A stretch of DNA of 64,000 nt, taken from contig DATKMD010000008.1 of NCBI GenBank assembly GCA_035542075.1, positions 19,706 through 83,705 of the forward strand, written 5' to 3'. Every line of letters begins with the position of its first letter. Positions within the stretch are counted from its first letter, which is position 1. The notes beneath the pieces were generated by a model. That model saw only the letters and a program-made list of their open reading frames with translations, made no database searches and had not been told where the DNA came from. Positions 46,992 through 56,231 of this stretch are shown here, piece after piece. The position numbers and the translations under genes are program-made. The stretch is from Thermoanaerobaculaceae bacterium (GTDB lineage: Bacteria > Acidobacteriota > Thermoanaerobaculia > Thermoanaerobaculales > Thermoanaerobaculaceae).

Positions 46992-47223
46992 GGTCGGCGT
47001 CAACGTTCAGGACAGCTTCTTCTATGCCTTGCGGAGGGACGGGCGGCCCATCCATGTCTACCTGCTCACCGGGAAGCGTCTCACGGGTGTTCTCAAGCGC
47101 TTCGACCGCTACGCCCTGATCGTCGAGAGCCACGGGCTGGAGCACCTGATCTACAAGCACGCGGTGGCGACGGTCTGCGTGGCGCGCGGCGACGGGGACC
47201 ACCTTGCGCAGAGCGGCGAGTAG
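46966..47223 (+). CDS. hfq: RNA chaperone Hfq
   Basis: Sm1/Sm2: VQDSFFYALRRDGRPIHVYLLTGKRLTGVLKRFDRYALIVE...LIYKHAVATV. GTG start 6 nt after GGAGG. Overlaps the miaA 3' end by 26 nt. Confidence 0.8.
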   Translation: MEQGQERAKVGVNVQDSFFYALRRDGRPIHVYLLTGKRLTGVLKRFDRYALIVESHGLEHLIYKHAVATVCVARGDGDHLAQSGE

Positions 47224-48427
47224 GATCGCGCTGCTGCTGGCCGTGGCGGGCACTGCCTGTCAGACCGCAGCGCCTTCGCGGATCGAGCGCGTGCCCGATC
47301 CGCTGGCAGCCCCGGTCGCGGGAAGCCCTCTCATGGCGGCGCAGGCCGAGGCGGCGCGTGCCGCGGTAGCGGCCGCGGAGCGCGGCGACTTCCCGAGCGC
47401 CGAGCAGAAACTGCGCGAGGTCCCCCCCGGTCATCCCGTCTGGGCGCTCGCGTCGCTCGAGGTGCGCTTCCTGCGCGGGGAAAAGGTGGCTGGTCAGGCT
47501 CTTGAGTTCGCCGGAACGGTGCCGGGTTACGGTCCCGCCTGGGCGTTTGCCGTGGTAGCCGCCCGGAAGGAGGGGGACGAGCGTGGCGCGCTGACCGCCG
47601 CCAGGCGCGCCGCGGAGCTCCAGCCCGGGCAGGGGTGGGACAAGCTGGCCACGCAGCTGGAGGGAACTCTGACCGCCGCGCTGATCGAGGAGGGCGGCGT
47701 GCTCCTCCAGCGCCGGGATGGGGCCGGAGCACTGGCGCGGGCCCGGGAGGTTCTTGCGATCAACCCGGGCGCCTCGAGCGCACGCATCCTTGCCGTGCGG
47801 GCCCTCCTGATGCTGCACGACACGCGTGCCGCCGCCGAGCTTGTGCCAGGGCTGCCGGACACGGCCGAGGGGCTCGAGGTCAAGGGTGCGGTGGCCGAAT
47901 CGCTCGGACAATGGGACGTGGCCGTCGCTCTCTACGGCAGGCTCCCGTCCGACGACCCCCACCGGTGCGCGCTGCTGACAAGAGCACGGTGGGAGCTCCG
48001 GCTGAAGAACGCGCCCCCGTACCTGACCGACGCGCTCGCCGCCAATCCGCTCAGTCGCAAGGGGCTCGCCGCGATCTTGGCTTGGGAGGCGCCGGCCCTT
48101 GCGGCGCGCGCCAACGGTTCGGTCCCGGTGTTCGGTGACGTGGTCCAGCTGCAGGAAGCGCGGGACGTCGTCACCGTGGCCCGGGCGGGGGTGATGCCTG
48201 GAGACCCTATCGCGCACCGCTTCAACCCGGAGGGTACGGTGTCTCCAGCGGAGCTTGAGGCAACCCTCGATCGCCTCGGGAGGACGCTCGGGAGGCCCGC
48301 GCCGCACTGGTGCGACGGCGGCCGGAGCGACTGCCTCAAGGCGCCCAGTCCCGTGGACGGAGAGTCGGCGGCTGCGCTGGTCCGCCGCGTGGCCGGCGGG
48401 GGAGGTGAGCCATGTGCGCCGCGCTGA
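47204..48427 (+). CDS. Putative lipoprotein with TPR-like helical repeats
   Basis: Signal peptide IALLLAVAGTAC and an Ala/Leu-rich helical repeat body. TTG start per the ORF track. Confidence 0.5.
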   Translation: MRRAASRIALLLAVAGTACQTAAPSRIERVPDPLAAPVAGSPLMAAQAEAARAAVAAAERGDFPSAEQKLREVPPGHPVWALASLEVRFLRGEKVAGQALEFAGTVPGYGPAWAFAVVAARKEGDERGALTAARRAAELQPGQGWDKLATQLEGTLTAALIEEGGVLLQRRDGAGALARAREVLAINPGASSARILAVRALLMLHDTRAAAELVPGLPDTAEGLEVKGAVAESLGQWDVAVALYGRLPSDDPHRCALLTRARWELRLKNAPPYLTDALAANPLSRKGLAAILAWEAPALAARANGSVPVFGDVVQLQEARDVVTVARAGVMPGDPIAHRFNPEGTVSPAELEATLDRLGRTLGRPAPHWCDGGRSDCLKAPSPVDGESAAALVRRVAGGGGEPCAPR

Positions 48428-49095
48428 CCGACATGCTTGGACGCGCTGGCCTGTTCGGCGAGCTCGAGCCTGCCGAGCTCGAGGCGCTCGCGCGGGCGGC
48501 CGAAAAGCGCGAGTTCGCGAGGGACGAGGTCATTTTCGCGGCGCACGAGCCCGCGGACGGCCTCTACGTGCTCGCCAGCGGCCGGGTCAAGGTATGCGTG
48601 TCGTCCTCTGGCGGCAAGGAGCTCATCCTCGCCACGCTTGGGCCCGAGCAGTTCTTCGGTGAGATGGCGCTGCTCGACAACGAGCCTCGTTCGGCCAGCG
48701 TCATCGCGCAGCTTCCCACGGTGGCGTTCCGCATTAGGCGGGACGACTTTGAGCGTCTGATCGAGCAGCACCCTTCGATCGCGCGCAAGCTCATGCGGGA
48801 GCTGTCCCTGCGTCTGCGGCGGTCGAATGCGCAGATGGAGTCGCTCGCCACGCTGGATGTCGTGGGCAGGCTGGCCAGGTACTTCATCGACCTCGCCAAA
48901 CAGCACGGTCAGGTCCTCGGCAACGGCTGGGTCGCGGTGCGCCGACCGACCCATCAGGACATCGCAAACTCGATCGGCACCTCGCGGGAGACCGTGACCC
49001 GCCTGATCAACGACCTCGAGCAGCGCGGGCTCGTCGTGAACGAGGGCAAGATGAGCTACCTGCGCGAGTCGGTGCTGTCGGGGGAGGAAGGGTGA
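48412..49095 (+). CDS. Crp/Fnr-family transcriptional regulator
   Basis: cNMP-binding FFGEMALLD...RSASV and HTH SIGTSRETVTRLINDLE. The start may be the downstream M at 48433. Confidence 0.85.
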   Translation: MCAALTDMLGRAGLFGELEPAELEALARAAEKREFARDEVIFAAHEPADGLYVLASGRVKVCVSSSGGKELILATLGPEQFFGEMALLDNEPRSASVIAQLPTVAFRIRRDDFERLIEQHPSIARKLMRELSLRLRRSNAQMESLATLDVVGRLARYFIDLAKQHGQVLGNGWVAVRRPTHQDIANSIGTSRETVTRLINDLEQRGLVVNEGKMSYLRESVLSGEEG

Positions 49096-49748
49096 TCGGC
49101 CAGGACGGGGCGATCGAGCGAGAGGCATCGCGGCCGCGGAGAGTGGCGCAGCGCGCGGCCCGGGAAGTGAAGGCCGCGCTCCGGCCCTTCACGATTCCAA
49201 ACGGCATCACGCTCTTGCGCCTGGGACTGACGCCCTTCTTCGTGCTCGCCGTCCTCTCTGGTGATCACGGCCTGGCACTGGGGATCTTCGTCGCGGCTGG
49301 AATCACTGACATCATCGACGGGCTGGTGGCGCGACTGCTGGCCATGCGCTCGCGTCTTGGCACGTACCTCGATCCGATCGCCGACAAGCTGTTGCTCGTC
49401 GCGGCATACGTCGTCCTGACGCTGCCGATCCATGGTTCCGTCACGATTCCCCTCTGGCTCACCGTGATGGCGCTCTCCCGGGACTTCCTGATCCTCCTGG
49501 TGGCCCTACTCCTCTACCTGGGTGCCGGCGTGGAGGAGTTCCCACCCTCGGCCTGGGGAAAGGCCACAACGTTCATGCACGTCGTCACGATTGCCCTGGT
49601 TCTGGTCGCCAACGTCACCCGGCTGGCCGAGCCCGTGCTCCTGACCTGTTTCTACGTGGCGTTGGCGCTCACCATGATCTCGGGCGTGGACTACATTCGC
49701 CGGGTGGCGAAGACCCTGGAGACGATCCACGATGGCCGAACAAGCTAG
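49092..49748 (+). CDS. pgsA: CDP-alcohol phosphatidyltransferase (PgsA-like)
   Basis: DIIDGLVARLLAMRSRLGTYLDPIADK (DG..AR..G...D...D). GTGA overlap with crp. Confidence 0.8.
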   Translation: MIGQDGAIEREASRPRRVAQRAAREVKAALRPFTIPNGITLLRLGLTPFFVLAVLSGDHGLALGIFVAAGITDIIDGLVARLLAMRSRLGTYLDPIADKLLLVAAYVVLTLPIHGSVTIPLWLTVMALSRDFLILLVALLLYLGAGVEEFPPSAWGKATTFMHVVTIALVLVANVTRLAEPVLLTCFYVALALTMISGVDYIRRVAKTLETIHDGRTS

Positions 49749-51066
49749 ATCACCGAGCCTCTGGCGCATGCTGGTCGTCGTCGGGGTCGCGGTGCTCATT
49801 GCCGGTGTTCTGTTCGCCTGGTCGCGCTCCCTGTTCCCTCTGCTTGCGGGCTTTCTGCTCGCGTACTTGACCCACCCCCTGGCATCGTTCTTCGAGCGCC
49901 ACCACATGCCCCGTATCCTGGCGTTTCTCGTCATTCTCCTGCTGTTCGTGGGTGTCGTGACCCTGATCTTCTTCGTCTTCGTGCCGGCGCTCCTCAACGA
50001 GCTGGTGACGATCGGCGAAAAGCTGCCCTCCTGGCAGGATGTGATGCAGGAGCGGGTCACACCGGTGCTCTCCAAGATCAAGGCGCGCTTCCCGCAGGCG
50101 TATGTCCTGCTGGAGGATCGCCTCAACACCTGGGCACAGACCACGGTTCCGAGCATGGCGGACCGGCTGGTGAACCGCATCGGGCAGGTGCTCGGTTCGT
50201 TTTTGAGCGTCGCAAGTGCGCTGGTGAACCTTGTTCTCATCCCGGTCATCGCCGCGTACCTCACAGTGGATTTCAGCCATTTCATCTCTTCGCTGCGACG
50301 CCTTGTCCCCAGACCGGTTCTCCCCACGGTGGACCTGGTCGTGGGCGACGTCCACGCAGTCCTGAGCTCCTTCGTCCGGGGCCAGCTCCTGGTTTCTCTC
50401 GCCCTCACCGTGATGTATACGGGCGGGCTGCTGCTGGTTCGGGCGCCGCTGGCGCTGGTGGTCGGGCCGCTCGCCGGGATCCTTTCGCTTGTGCCCTACC
50501 TGGGCTTGGTCGTCGGCGTGGCGAGCGCTTTCTTCCTCTCGTTCTTCCAGTATCAGGACCTGATGCATCCGCTCGCGACACTGGGCGTGTTCCTGGTGGC
50601 CCAGAGCGTGGAGGGGTGGGTGCTCACCCCCAGCCTGCTCGGCCGGAGCGTGGGCCTGCACCCCGTTTGGGTCTTGGTGTCACTGCTCATCGGCGGTGAG
50701 CTGTTCGGGGTCCCCGGGATCATCGTGGCCGTACCGGTCGCGGCGGCCCTGCGCGTGGTGCTCAAGCACGCCATTCGGGCGTACCGGGCGAGCGAGTTCT
50801 ACCAGGGGGAAGGGCCGATGATGGTCGTGTACGTCACCGGCGATTCGCCGCAGTGCCAGGAGTTCCGCGACATGGTCGAGGCTTACGCGGCCGAGTGGAA
50901 CGTCGCGGTCCGGGTGGTGGATGTCGCGAGCTCGGCGCGCCTCCGCAAGAGCTTCGGGCAACGCGTTCCGCTCCTCGAGGTGAACGGAGAGATCGTCACG
51001 GAGGGGGAGGTCTGGCCAGAGAAGCTCCACGCGGTCCTGCACGAGGTCATCGGGGGTGGCGAATGA
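49732..51066 (+). CDS. AI-2E (PerM/YhhT, UPF0118) family transporter fused to a C-terminal glutaredoxin-like (thioredoxin-fold) domain
   Basis: About 340-aa polytopic permease body, then MMVVYVTGDSPQCQEFRDMV...RVVDVASSARLRKSFGQRVPLLEVNGE. Confidence 0.75.
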   Translation: MAEQARSPSLWRMLVVVGVAVLIAGVLFAWSRSLFPLLAGFLLAYLTHPLASFFERHHMPRILAFLVILLLFVGVVTLIFFVFVPALLNELVTIGEKLPSWQDVMQERVTPVLSKIKARFPQAYVLLEDRLNTWAQTTVPSMADRLVNRIGQVLGSFLSVASALVNLVLIPVIAAYLTVDFSHFISSLRRLVPRPVLPTVDLVVGDVHAVLSSFVRGQLLVSLALTVMYTGGLLLVRAPLALVVGPLAGILSLVPYLGLVVGVASAFFLSFFQYQDLMHPLATLGVFLVAQSVEGWVLTPSLLGRSVGLHPVWVLVSLLIGGELFGVPGIIVAVPVAAALRVVLKHAIRAYRASEFYQGEGPMMVVYVTGDSPQCQEFRDMVEAYAAEWNVAVRVVDVASSARLRKSFGQRVPLLEVNGEIVTEGEVWPEKLHAVLHEVIGGGE

Positions 51067-52367
51067 TCGAGGACCGGGCGTTTCGCGGCGGACAGTACGC
51101 CGCCGAGGTCGAGGCGCCGGAGGTGTACCGGGGGCGCAGGAAAAAGCTGCAGGGGCAGCTCGAGAAAGGCGCAGTCGCACTGCTGCTGGGCGCCACGGAC
51201 GCTCGAGGGTACGGGGACGTCGGGACCTTCCGGCAGGAACCTTCGTTCTTCTACCTGACGGGCGTCGAGCTCCCCGGGGCTGCCCTTCTGTTGGAAAAGG
51301 AGCACGAGACACTCTTACTGCCGGCTCGGAGACCGAACATCGAGGCGTGGACCGGCCCGAAGTACGGACCGGGCGAGGACACGGCGCAGGAGCTTGGGTT
51401 CGAGGCGGTCCTCGACCGCGACTACAGCGAGATCGTCGTCGACGCCCGCAGGCGGCCGGTTCCGGCGCTCGCCGACAGAGTGGCCGATCGGCTGCGTGAA
51501 GGTGGCGCACTCTGGCTGCCGCTCGCCGGTGGCACGTCGGGTGAGCTCACACCGGAGCAGCAGCTGGTCCACGACTTGCGCGACAGGCTCCCGAGCTTCG
51601 CCGTCGGCGACCTCAACCCCCTCCTGACGGAGATGCGCGTGCGCAAGGAGGCGGGTGAGATCGAGCTGATGCGACGGGCGATCGTGGCGACCGTCGCAGC
51701 GATGAGGGCCGCGGCCACGTGCGTCCGCCCGGGGGCACGAGAGTCTGAGGTGGACGGGGCGGCGTTCGCCGCGCTGCGCGCGTGTGGGGCCGATGGCTGG
51801 GCGTTTCCCCCGATCGTGGGCTCCGGGCAGGCGGGCTGCGTCCTGCACTACGACGCCAACCGTGGCCTGCTGGTGGACGGCGAGCTCGTCGTGGTGGACA
51901 TCGGTGCCCGCTGGGGTTACTACTGCGGAGACCTGACCAGGACGTTTCCCGTGAACGGAAAGTTCACGCCGCGCCAGCGTCAGCTATACGACGTCGTGTT
52001 CGCGGCCTCCGAGGCGGCGGCCGCCACGCTCGCACCCGGGTCCACGATCGCCGAGGCCCGCAAGGCGGCGTTCGCGGTGCTCGAGGGCAGCGGCATCCAG
52101 GGCGACGGCGGGAAGACGTTGGGCCAGTTCTTTATTCACGGGATTGGTCACTTCCTGGGGCTCGAGGCCCACGACGCGGGGGGCGAGGAGCCGACGCTTG
52201 CACCGGGCATGATCCTGACCATCGAGCCGGGGGTCTACCTTCCCGGCGAGGGGATCGGCATCCGCATCGAGGACGACTACCTGATCACCGAGGGCGGAGC
52301 GGAGAGCCTCTCGGCCTCGTTGCCGAGCGACGCGCAGGGGGTCGAGCGGCTGGTAGGCCGGCGGTGA
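51063..52367 (+). CDS. pepP: Xaa-Pro aminopeptidase (M24B)
   Basis: VVVDIGARWGYYCGDLTRTF, HGIGHFLGLEAHD and IRIEDDYLIT. ATGA overlap with the upstream gene. Confidence 0.85.
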   Translation: MIEDRAFRGGQYAAEVEAPEVYRGRRKKLQGQLEKGAVALLLGATDARGYGDVGTFRQEPSFFYLTGVELPGAALLLEKEHETLLLPARRPNIEAWTGPKYGPGEDTAQELGFEAVLDRDYSEIVVDARRRPVPALADRVADRLREGGALWLPLAGGTSGELTPEQQLVHDLRDRLPSFAVGDLNPLLTEMRVRKEAGEIELMRRAIVATVAAMRAAATCVRPGARESEVDGAAFAALRACGADGWAFPPIVGSGQAGCVLHYDANRGLLVDGELVVVDIGARWGYYCGDLTRTFPVNGKFTPRQRQLYDVVFAASEAAAATLAPGSTIAEARKAAFAVLEGSGIQGDGGKTLGQFFIHGIGHFLGLEAHDAGGEEPTLAPGMILTIEPGVYLPGEGIGIRIEDDYLITEGGAESLSASLPSDAQGVERLVGRR

Positions 52368-52416
52368 CCGTACGCTGGGAAGAGAACGGAGTGCTTCGCG
52401 GTTGCTTGAGGTCGGA

Positions 52417-53406
52417 ATGAGTGTCTCCTCACTACCGGTGCCGGAGGTCCCTGCAGGGCGCGATGCGCTCGCTGCAGAGATCACGGACCTCAAGCGGAAG
52501 CGGGGCGCGGTGTTGTTGGCCCACTACTACCAGGACGCCGAGATCCAGGACCTCGCCGACTTCGTCGGGGACTCGCTCGAGCTGGCCCGCGCTGCCCAGC
52601 GGGCCGAGGCAAGGGTGATCGCCTTCTGTGGTGTGCGTTTCATGGCGGAGACCGCCAAGATCCTCAACCCGGGCGCGGAGGTCCTCATACCGGACCTTGA
52701 GGCGGGTTGCTCGCTGGAGGAGTCCTGCCCACCCGAGGCCTTCGCGCGCTGGCGGGCGGAGCATCCGGGGGCGGTCGCCATCACCTACATCAACTGCTCG
52801 GCTGCGGTGAAGGCGCTCTCGGACATCATCGTCACGTCCTCCTCGGCGGAGAAGATCATCCGGCAGATCCCGGCAGGTCAGGCGATTCTTTTCGCGCCGG
52901 ACCGCCACCTCGGCTCCTGGCTGATGCGGAGGACCGGGCGGGAGATGGTGCTCTGGCCGGGGACGTGCATCGTGCACGAGCAGTTCTCACACAAAGCGCT
53001 GGTCGAGCTGAAGATCGAGTACCCGAAGGCGCTCGTGGCAGCCCATCCCGAGTGTCCGGAGCCGATCCTTGCGCTGGCCGAGCACGTCGGCTCAACCTCC
53101 TCGATACTGAAGTTCGTGCAGGAGAGCCCGGCCGAGGAGTTCCTCATCGCCACCGAACCCGGGATCATCCACCAGATGGAGAGGTTGGCGCCGGGCAAGC
53201 GCTTCATCTCCGTGCCGGGGGGATCGGGGGAGTGTGCGTGCAACGTCTGCCCCCACATGCGCCGCAACACGCTCGAGAACCTGCTGACCTGCCTGCGCGA
53301 CGGGGCACCGCGCCTGGAGCTTCCCGAGGAGTTGCGGGTTGCCGCCCTGCGACCCCTTCAGCGCATGCTCGACATGGCTGCAGCGCACGTCCCCGCCGGC
53401 GATTAG
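52417..53406 (+). CDS. nadA: Quinolinate synthase
   Basis: LLAHYYQ, VRFMAETAKILNP and three-domain length. Alternative ATG at 52402. Confidence 0.9.
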   Translation: MSVSSLPVPEVPAGRDALAAEITDLKRKRGAVLLAHYYQDAEIQDLADFVGDSLELARAAQRAEARVIAFCGVRFMAETAKILNPGAEVLIPDLEAGCSLEESCPPEAFARWRAEHPGAVAITYINCSAAVKALSDIIVTSSSAEKIIRQIPAGQAILFAPDRHLGSWLMRRTGREMVLWPGTCIVHEQFSHKALVELKIEYPKALVAAHPECPEPILALAEHVGSTSSILKFVQESPAEEFLIATEPGIIHQMERLAPGKRFISVPGGSGECACNVCPHMRRNTLENLLTCLRDGAPRLELPEELRVAALRPLQRMLDMAAAHVPAGD

Positions 53407-53503
53407 GCCTGTAGTCGGCCGGCCGGTCGTCCCCTTCAGAACAGTGATAGCGTGACCGTACCGAGGCCACGGTCGCAGGACCGGGCCCCGGGGCGGAGGA
53501 GGC

Positions 53504-54946
53504 ATGGACCAGAGGAGCTTCCACATGACGGCGGAGGAGTTCCGTCGCCACGGGCGGGAGGTGGTGGACTGGATCGCCGACTACTGGCAGAGGGTCGAGA
53601 CGCTGCCGGTGCTCTCCCGGGCGCAGCCCGGCGAGACCCGCGCAGGGTTGCCGAAGCACCCCCCGGACAGGGGCGAGCCGTTCGAGGCGATCCTGCGGGA
53701 CGTGGACACGCTGATCCTGCCGGGGATCACCCACTGGCAGTCGCCCAACTTCTTCGCCTTCTTCCCCGCCAACACCTGCGGCCCGGCCATCCTCGGGGAG
53801 CTCCTCTCGGCCGGCCTCGGTGTTCAGGGGATGCTCTGGACGACGAGCCCCGCGTGCACCGAGCTCGAGACCCACGTCCTTGACTGGCTGGCGGAGATGC
53901 TCGGGCTTCCGGCCGCATTCACGTCCGCCGGACGCGGCGGCGGCGTCATCCAGGACACCGCCTCCAGCGCCTCCCTGTGCGCCCTCCTGGCGGCTCGCGA
54001 GAGAGCCACGGGGTACGGGAGCAACGAGCGCGGCTACGACGGGCGCCTGGTCGCATACGCCTCCACCCAGACCCACTCGTCGGTCGAGAAGGGGGTCAAG
54101 ATCGCCGGGTTGGGCCGGGCAAACCTCCGCCAGATCGAGGTCGATGGCACGTTCGCCATGCGTCCGGAGACCCTCGCGAGACAGATCGGGGAGGACAGGC
54201 GGGCCGGGCTCGTGCCGTGTTTCGTGTGCGCCACGGTCGGGACCACGTCCTCCAACGCCATCGACCCAGTTCCCGAAATCGGGAGGATCTGCAGGGAGAA
54301 TCGGCTGTGGCTGCACGTGGACGCGGCGATGTCGGGGACGGCAGCGATCTGCCCCGAGTTCCGGCACATCCTGAACGGGGTCGAGCTCGCGGACAGCCTC
54401 TGTGTCAACCCGCACAAGTGGATGTTCACCAACTTCGACTGTGACTGCTTCTACGTGGCCGACCGGGCGGCGCTCATCAGGACCCTCTCGATCCTTCCCG
54501 AGTACCTCAAGAACAAGGCCACCGAATCGGGGGCCGTCATCGACTACCGTGACTGGCACATCCAGCTCGGGAGGAGGTTCAGATCGCTGAAGCTCTGGTT
54601 CGTGATCCGGTCGTACGGCGTAGCCGGCCTCCAGCACCACGTGCGGAGACACATCGCCCTGGCCCAGGCATTTGCGGGTTGGGTTCGGGACTCGAACGAC
54701 TTCGAGCTGGCCGTCGAGCCGCCGCTCAACTTGGTGTGCTTCAGGCACCGGGACGGCGACGAATTCAACCGCGCACTCCTGGATCGTCTGAACGCGAGCG
54801 GCGATCTCTACCTGACACACACGACGCTGGAGGACCGCTTCACCCTCAGGCTGTGCGTGGGACAGACCAGCACCGAGGAGAGACATGTCGTCAGGGCTTG
54901 GGAGAGGATCCACGCGGCCGCAGCCGACCTGAAGGGGCCGCATTGA
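53504..54946 (+). CDS. Group II PLP-dependent aromatic-L-amino-acid (DOPA/tyrosine/tryptophan-type) decarboxylase
   Basis: HWQSPNFFAFFP, SSASLCALLAARE and the PLP lysine motif NPHKWM. 480 aa. Confidence 0.85.
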   Translation: MDQRSFHMTAEEFRRHGREVVDWIADYWQRVETLPVLSRAQPGETRAGLPKHPPDRGEPFEAILRDVDTLILPGITHWQSPNFFAFFPANTCGPAILGELLSAGLGVQGMLWTTSPACTELETHVLDWLAEMLGLPAAFTSAGRGGGVIQDTASSASLCALLAARERATGYGSNERGYDGRLVAYASTQTHSSVEKGVKIAGLGRANLRQIEVDGTFAMRPETLARQIGEDRRAGLVPCFVCATVGTTSSNAIDPVPEIGRICRENRLWLHVDAAMSGTAAICPEFRHILNGVELADSLCVNPHKWMFTNFDCDCFYVADRAALIRTLSILPEYLKNKATESGAVIDYRDWHIQLGRRFRSLKLWFVIRSYGVAGLQHHVRRHIALAQAFAGWVRDSNDFELAVEPPLNLVCFRHRDGDEFNRALLDRLNASGDLYLTHTTLEDRFTLRLCVGQTSTEERHVVRAWERIHAAAADLKGPH

Positions 54947-55081
54947 GACGATGCTGAGCACGCGGACCGGCTCGCGACAATCAAGGTGCCCACGCTCATC
55001 ACAGTTCGGAGCCACGACGAGAGCGACTCCTCGATTGCCCGGGATCTGCACGCGCGTATCCCCTCGGTGGTGCTAGGCTAG
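54947..55081 (+). pseudogene. Possible relic of an alpha/beta-hydrolase C-terminus (44 codons, no start codon)
   Basis: Translates to DDAEHADRLATIKVPTLITVRSHDESDSSIARDLHARIPSVVLG*, resembling the ..I.vPtLvi.G..D......a..L...IP.. block of alpha/beta hydrolases. It is in frame directly behind the decarboxylase TGA. Confidence 0.3.
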
Positions 55082-55086
55082 CGACG

Positions 55087-56223
55087 GTGAACGCGATCGT
55101 CGCCGAGGTGGCGCGCCGGGGGAGGGTGAGCTTCGCGGAGTTCATGGACCTTGCCCTGTACCACCCGAGCGCGGGCTACTACACGCGGCGCCGAACCGGG
55201 AGCGGACCGGTGGGACGTTCGGGCGACTTCCTGACTGCCCCGACCGCCTCGCCGATCTTCGGCCGGAGCCTCGCCGAGATCGTCCGCCAGCTCGCCGGGG
55301 CCCTCGGTGAGCCTGTCACCTTCGTGGAACTCGGCGCGGGAGAAGGCGTGCTGCTTGCCGGGCTCATCGAACACCTCGGTGACGCCCGACCCGAGGTGCT
55401 GCGCCGAACGCTCGCAGTCGAGACAGGGGAGTGGGCACGCAAGCGGATCGCCAAGCGCTGCCCGGGGGTGGAGCTGGCGTCGCGACTCTCCGAGGCGAGC
55501 TGGCCTGCCGGGCCTGTGGTCCTCTTCGCCTGCGAGCTGTACGACGCCCTGCCCGCGCACCGGGTAACTGTGCTGGGACAGAAGCTCGGATACACCCTGG
55601 CGGAGTACTACGTCGAGCCCGACGGCAAAGGGGGGTTGCGCTGGGCGACCGGGGAACCCAGCACGTCCGACGTCCTGCGCTACCTGGCGGAGCACGGTCT
55701 CACCCTGGAGGAAGGTCAGGTTGCGGAGATCAGGCCGCGCGCGCGCGCGATCCACGCGGAGCACCTGGCGTGGTGCGGGCCCGACGCCGTCGCCTTCGTG
55801 GTGGACTACGGTCACATAAGTCGGAAACTGTACGAGCCGCGTGCGCGGCGGCGAGGCTCGCTGGTGGGCTATCGCGCGCACGCCCTGGTCGAGGACGTGC
55901 TGGCCGACCCGGGCGAAATCGATATCACGGCGCACGTCAACTTCGACGACCTGGAGAACGCCGCCTCCGACACCGGTTGGGAGCACGGCGTGATCAGGCC
56001 GTTGGGTGCTTTCCTCACGCTTCACGGGGCGCTCTCGTTCCTCCCCCCCGCCGTGGCTCGGGGCGAACCCCTGTCACCCGAGGAGTGGGCGGAGCTCTCG
56101 TCCGCCAAACGGCTGCTGTTGCCCTCGGGCATGGGGTCGGACCTCAAGGTGTTGGCACAGGGCAGAGGGAGGGCATGGCAGGCGTACCTTCAGCTTGCAA
56201 CGCCGCCCCCGGCCGAAGCGTAA
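55087..56223 (+). CDS. MidA/NDUFAF7-family (DUF185) SAM-dependent methyltransferase
   Basis: GDFLTAPTASPIFG and FVELGAGEGVL. GTG start. Confidence 0.8.
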   Translation: MNAIVAEVARRGRVSFAEFMDLALYHPSAGYYTRRRTGSGPVGRSGDFLTAPTASPIFGRSLAEIVRQLAGALGEPVTFVELGAGEGVLLAGLIEHLGDARPEVLRRTLAVETGEWARKRIAKRCPGVELASRLSEASWPAGPVVLFACELYDALPAHRVTVLGQKLGYTLAEYYVEPDGKGGLRWATGEPSTSDVLRYLAEHGLTLEEGQVAEIRPRARAIHAEHLAWCGPDAVAFVVDYGHISRKLYEPRARRRGSLVGYRAHALVEDVLADPGEIDITAHVNFDDLENAASDTGWEHGVIRPLGAFLTLHGALSFLPPAVARGEPLSPEEWAELSSAKRLLLPSGMGSDLKVLAQGRGRAWQAYLQLATPPPAEA

Positions 56224-56231
56224 AGCAAACG

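Noticed and set aside
52368-52416. Possible NAD+ (nadA-motif) riboswitch upstream of nadA, a class reported from Acidobacteria
   Set aside because: The spacer between pepP and nadA is only about 35-50 nt. That is too short for the tandem-domain motif of roughly 100 nt, and I could not recognise its conserved internal loops. A covariance-model scan (Rfam nadA) would settle it.
54944-54946. TGA of the decarboxylase as a selenocysteine or programmed read-through codon
   Set aside because: The decarboxylase is already full length at this stop. The downstream sequence forms only a weak 4-bp stem (GAGC...GCTC), not a bacterial SECIS-like hairpin. The downstream peptide lacks the hydrolase catalytic end.
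53204-55051. 615-aa antisense ORF over the decarboxylase gene (with similar cases at 60223-62280, 39795-41348, 42526-44118, 47093-48307 and 47932-49128)
   Set aside because: All are shadows of well-supported genes, with biased R/G/P/A composition and no recognisable domains.
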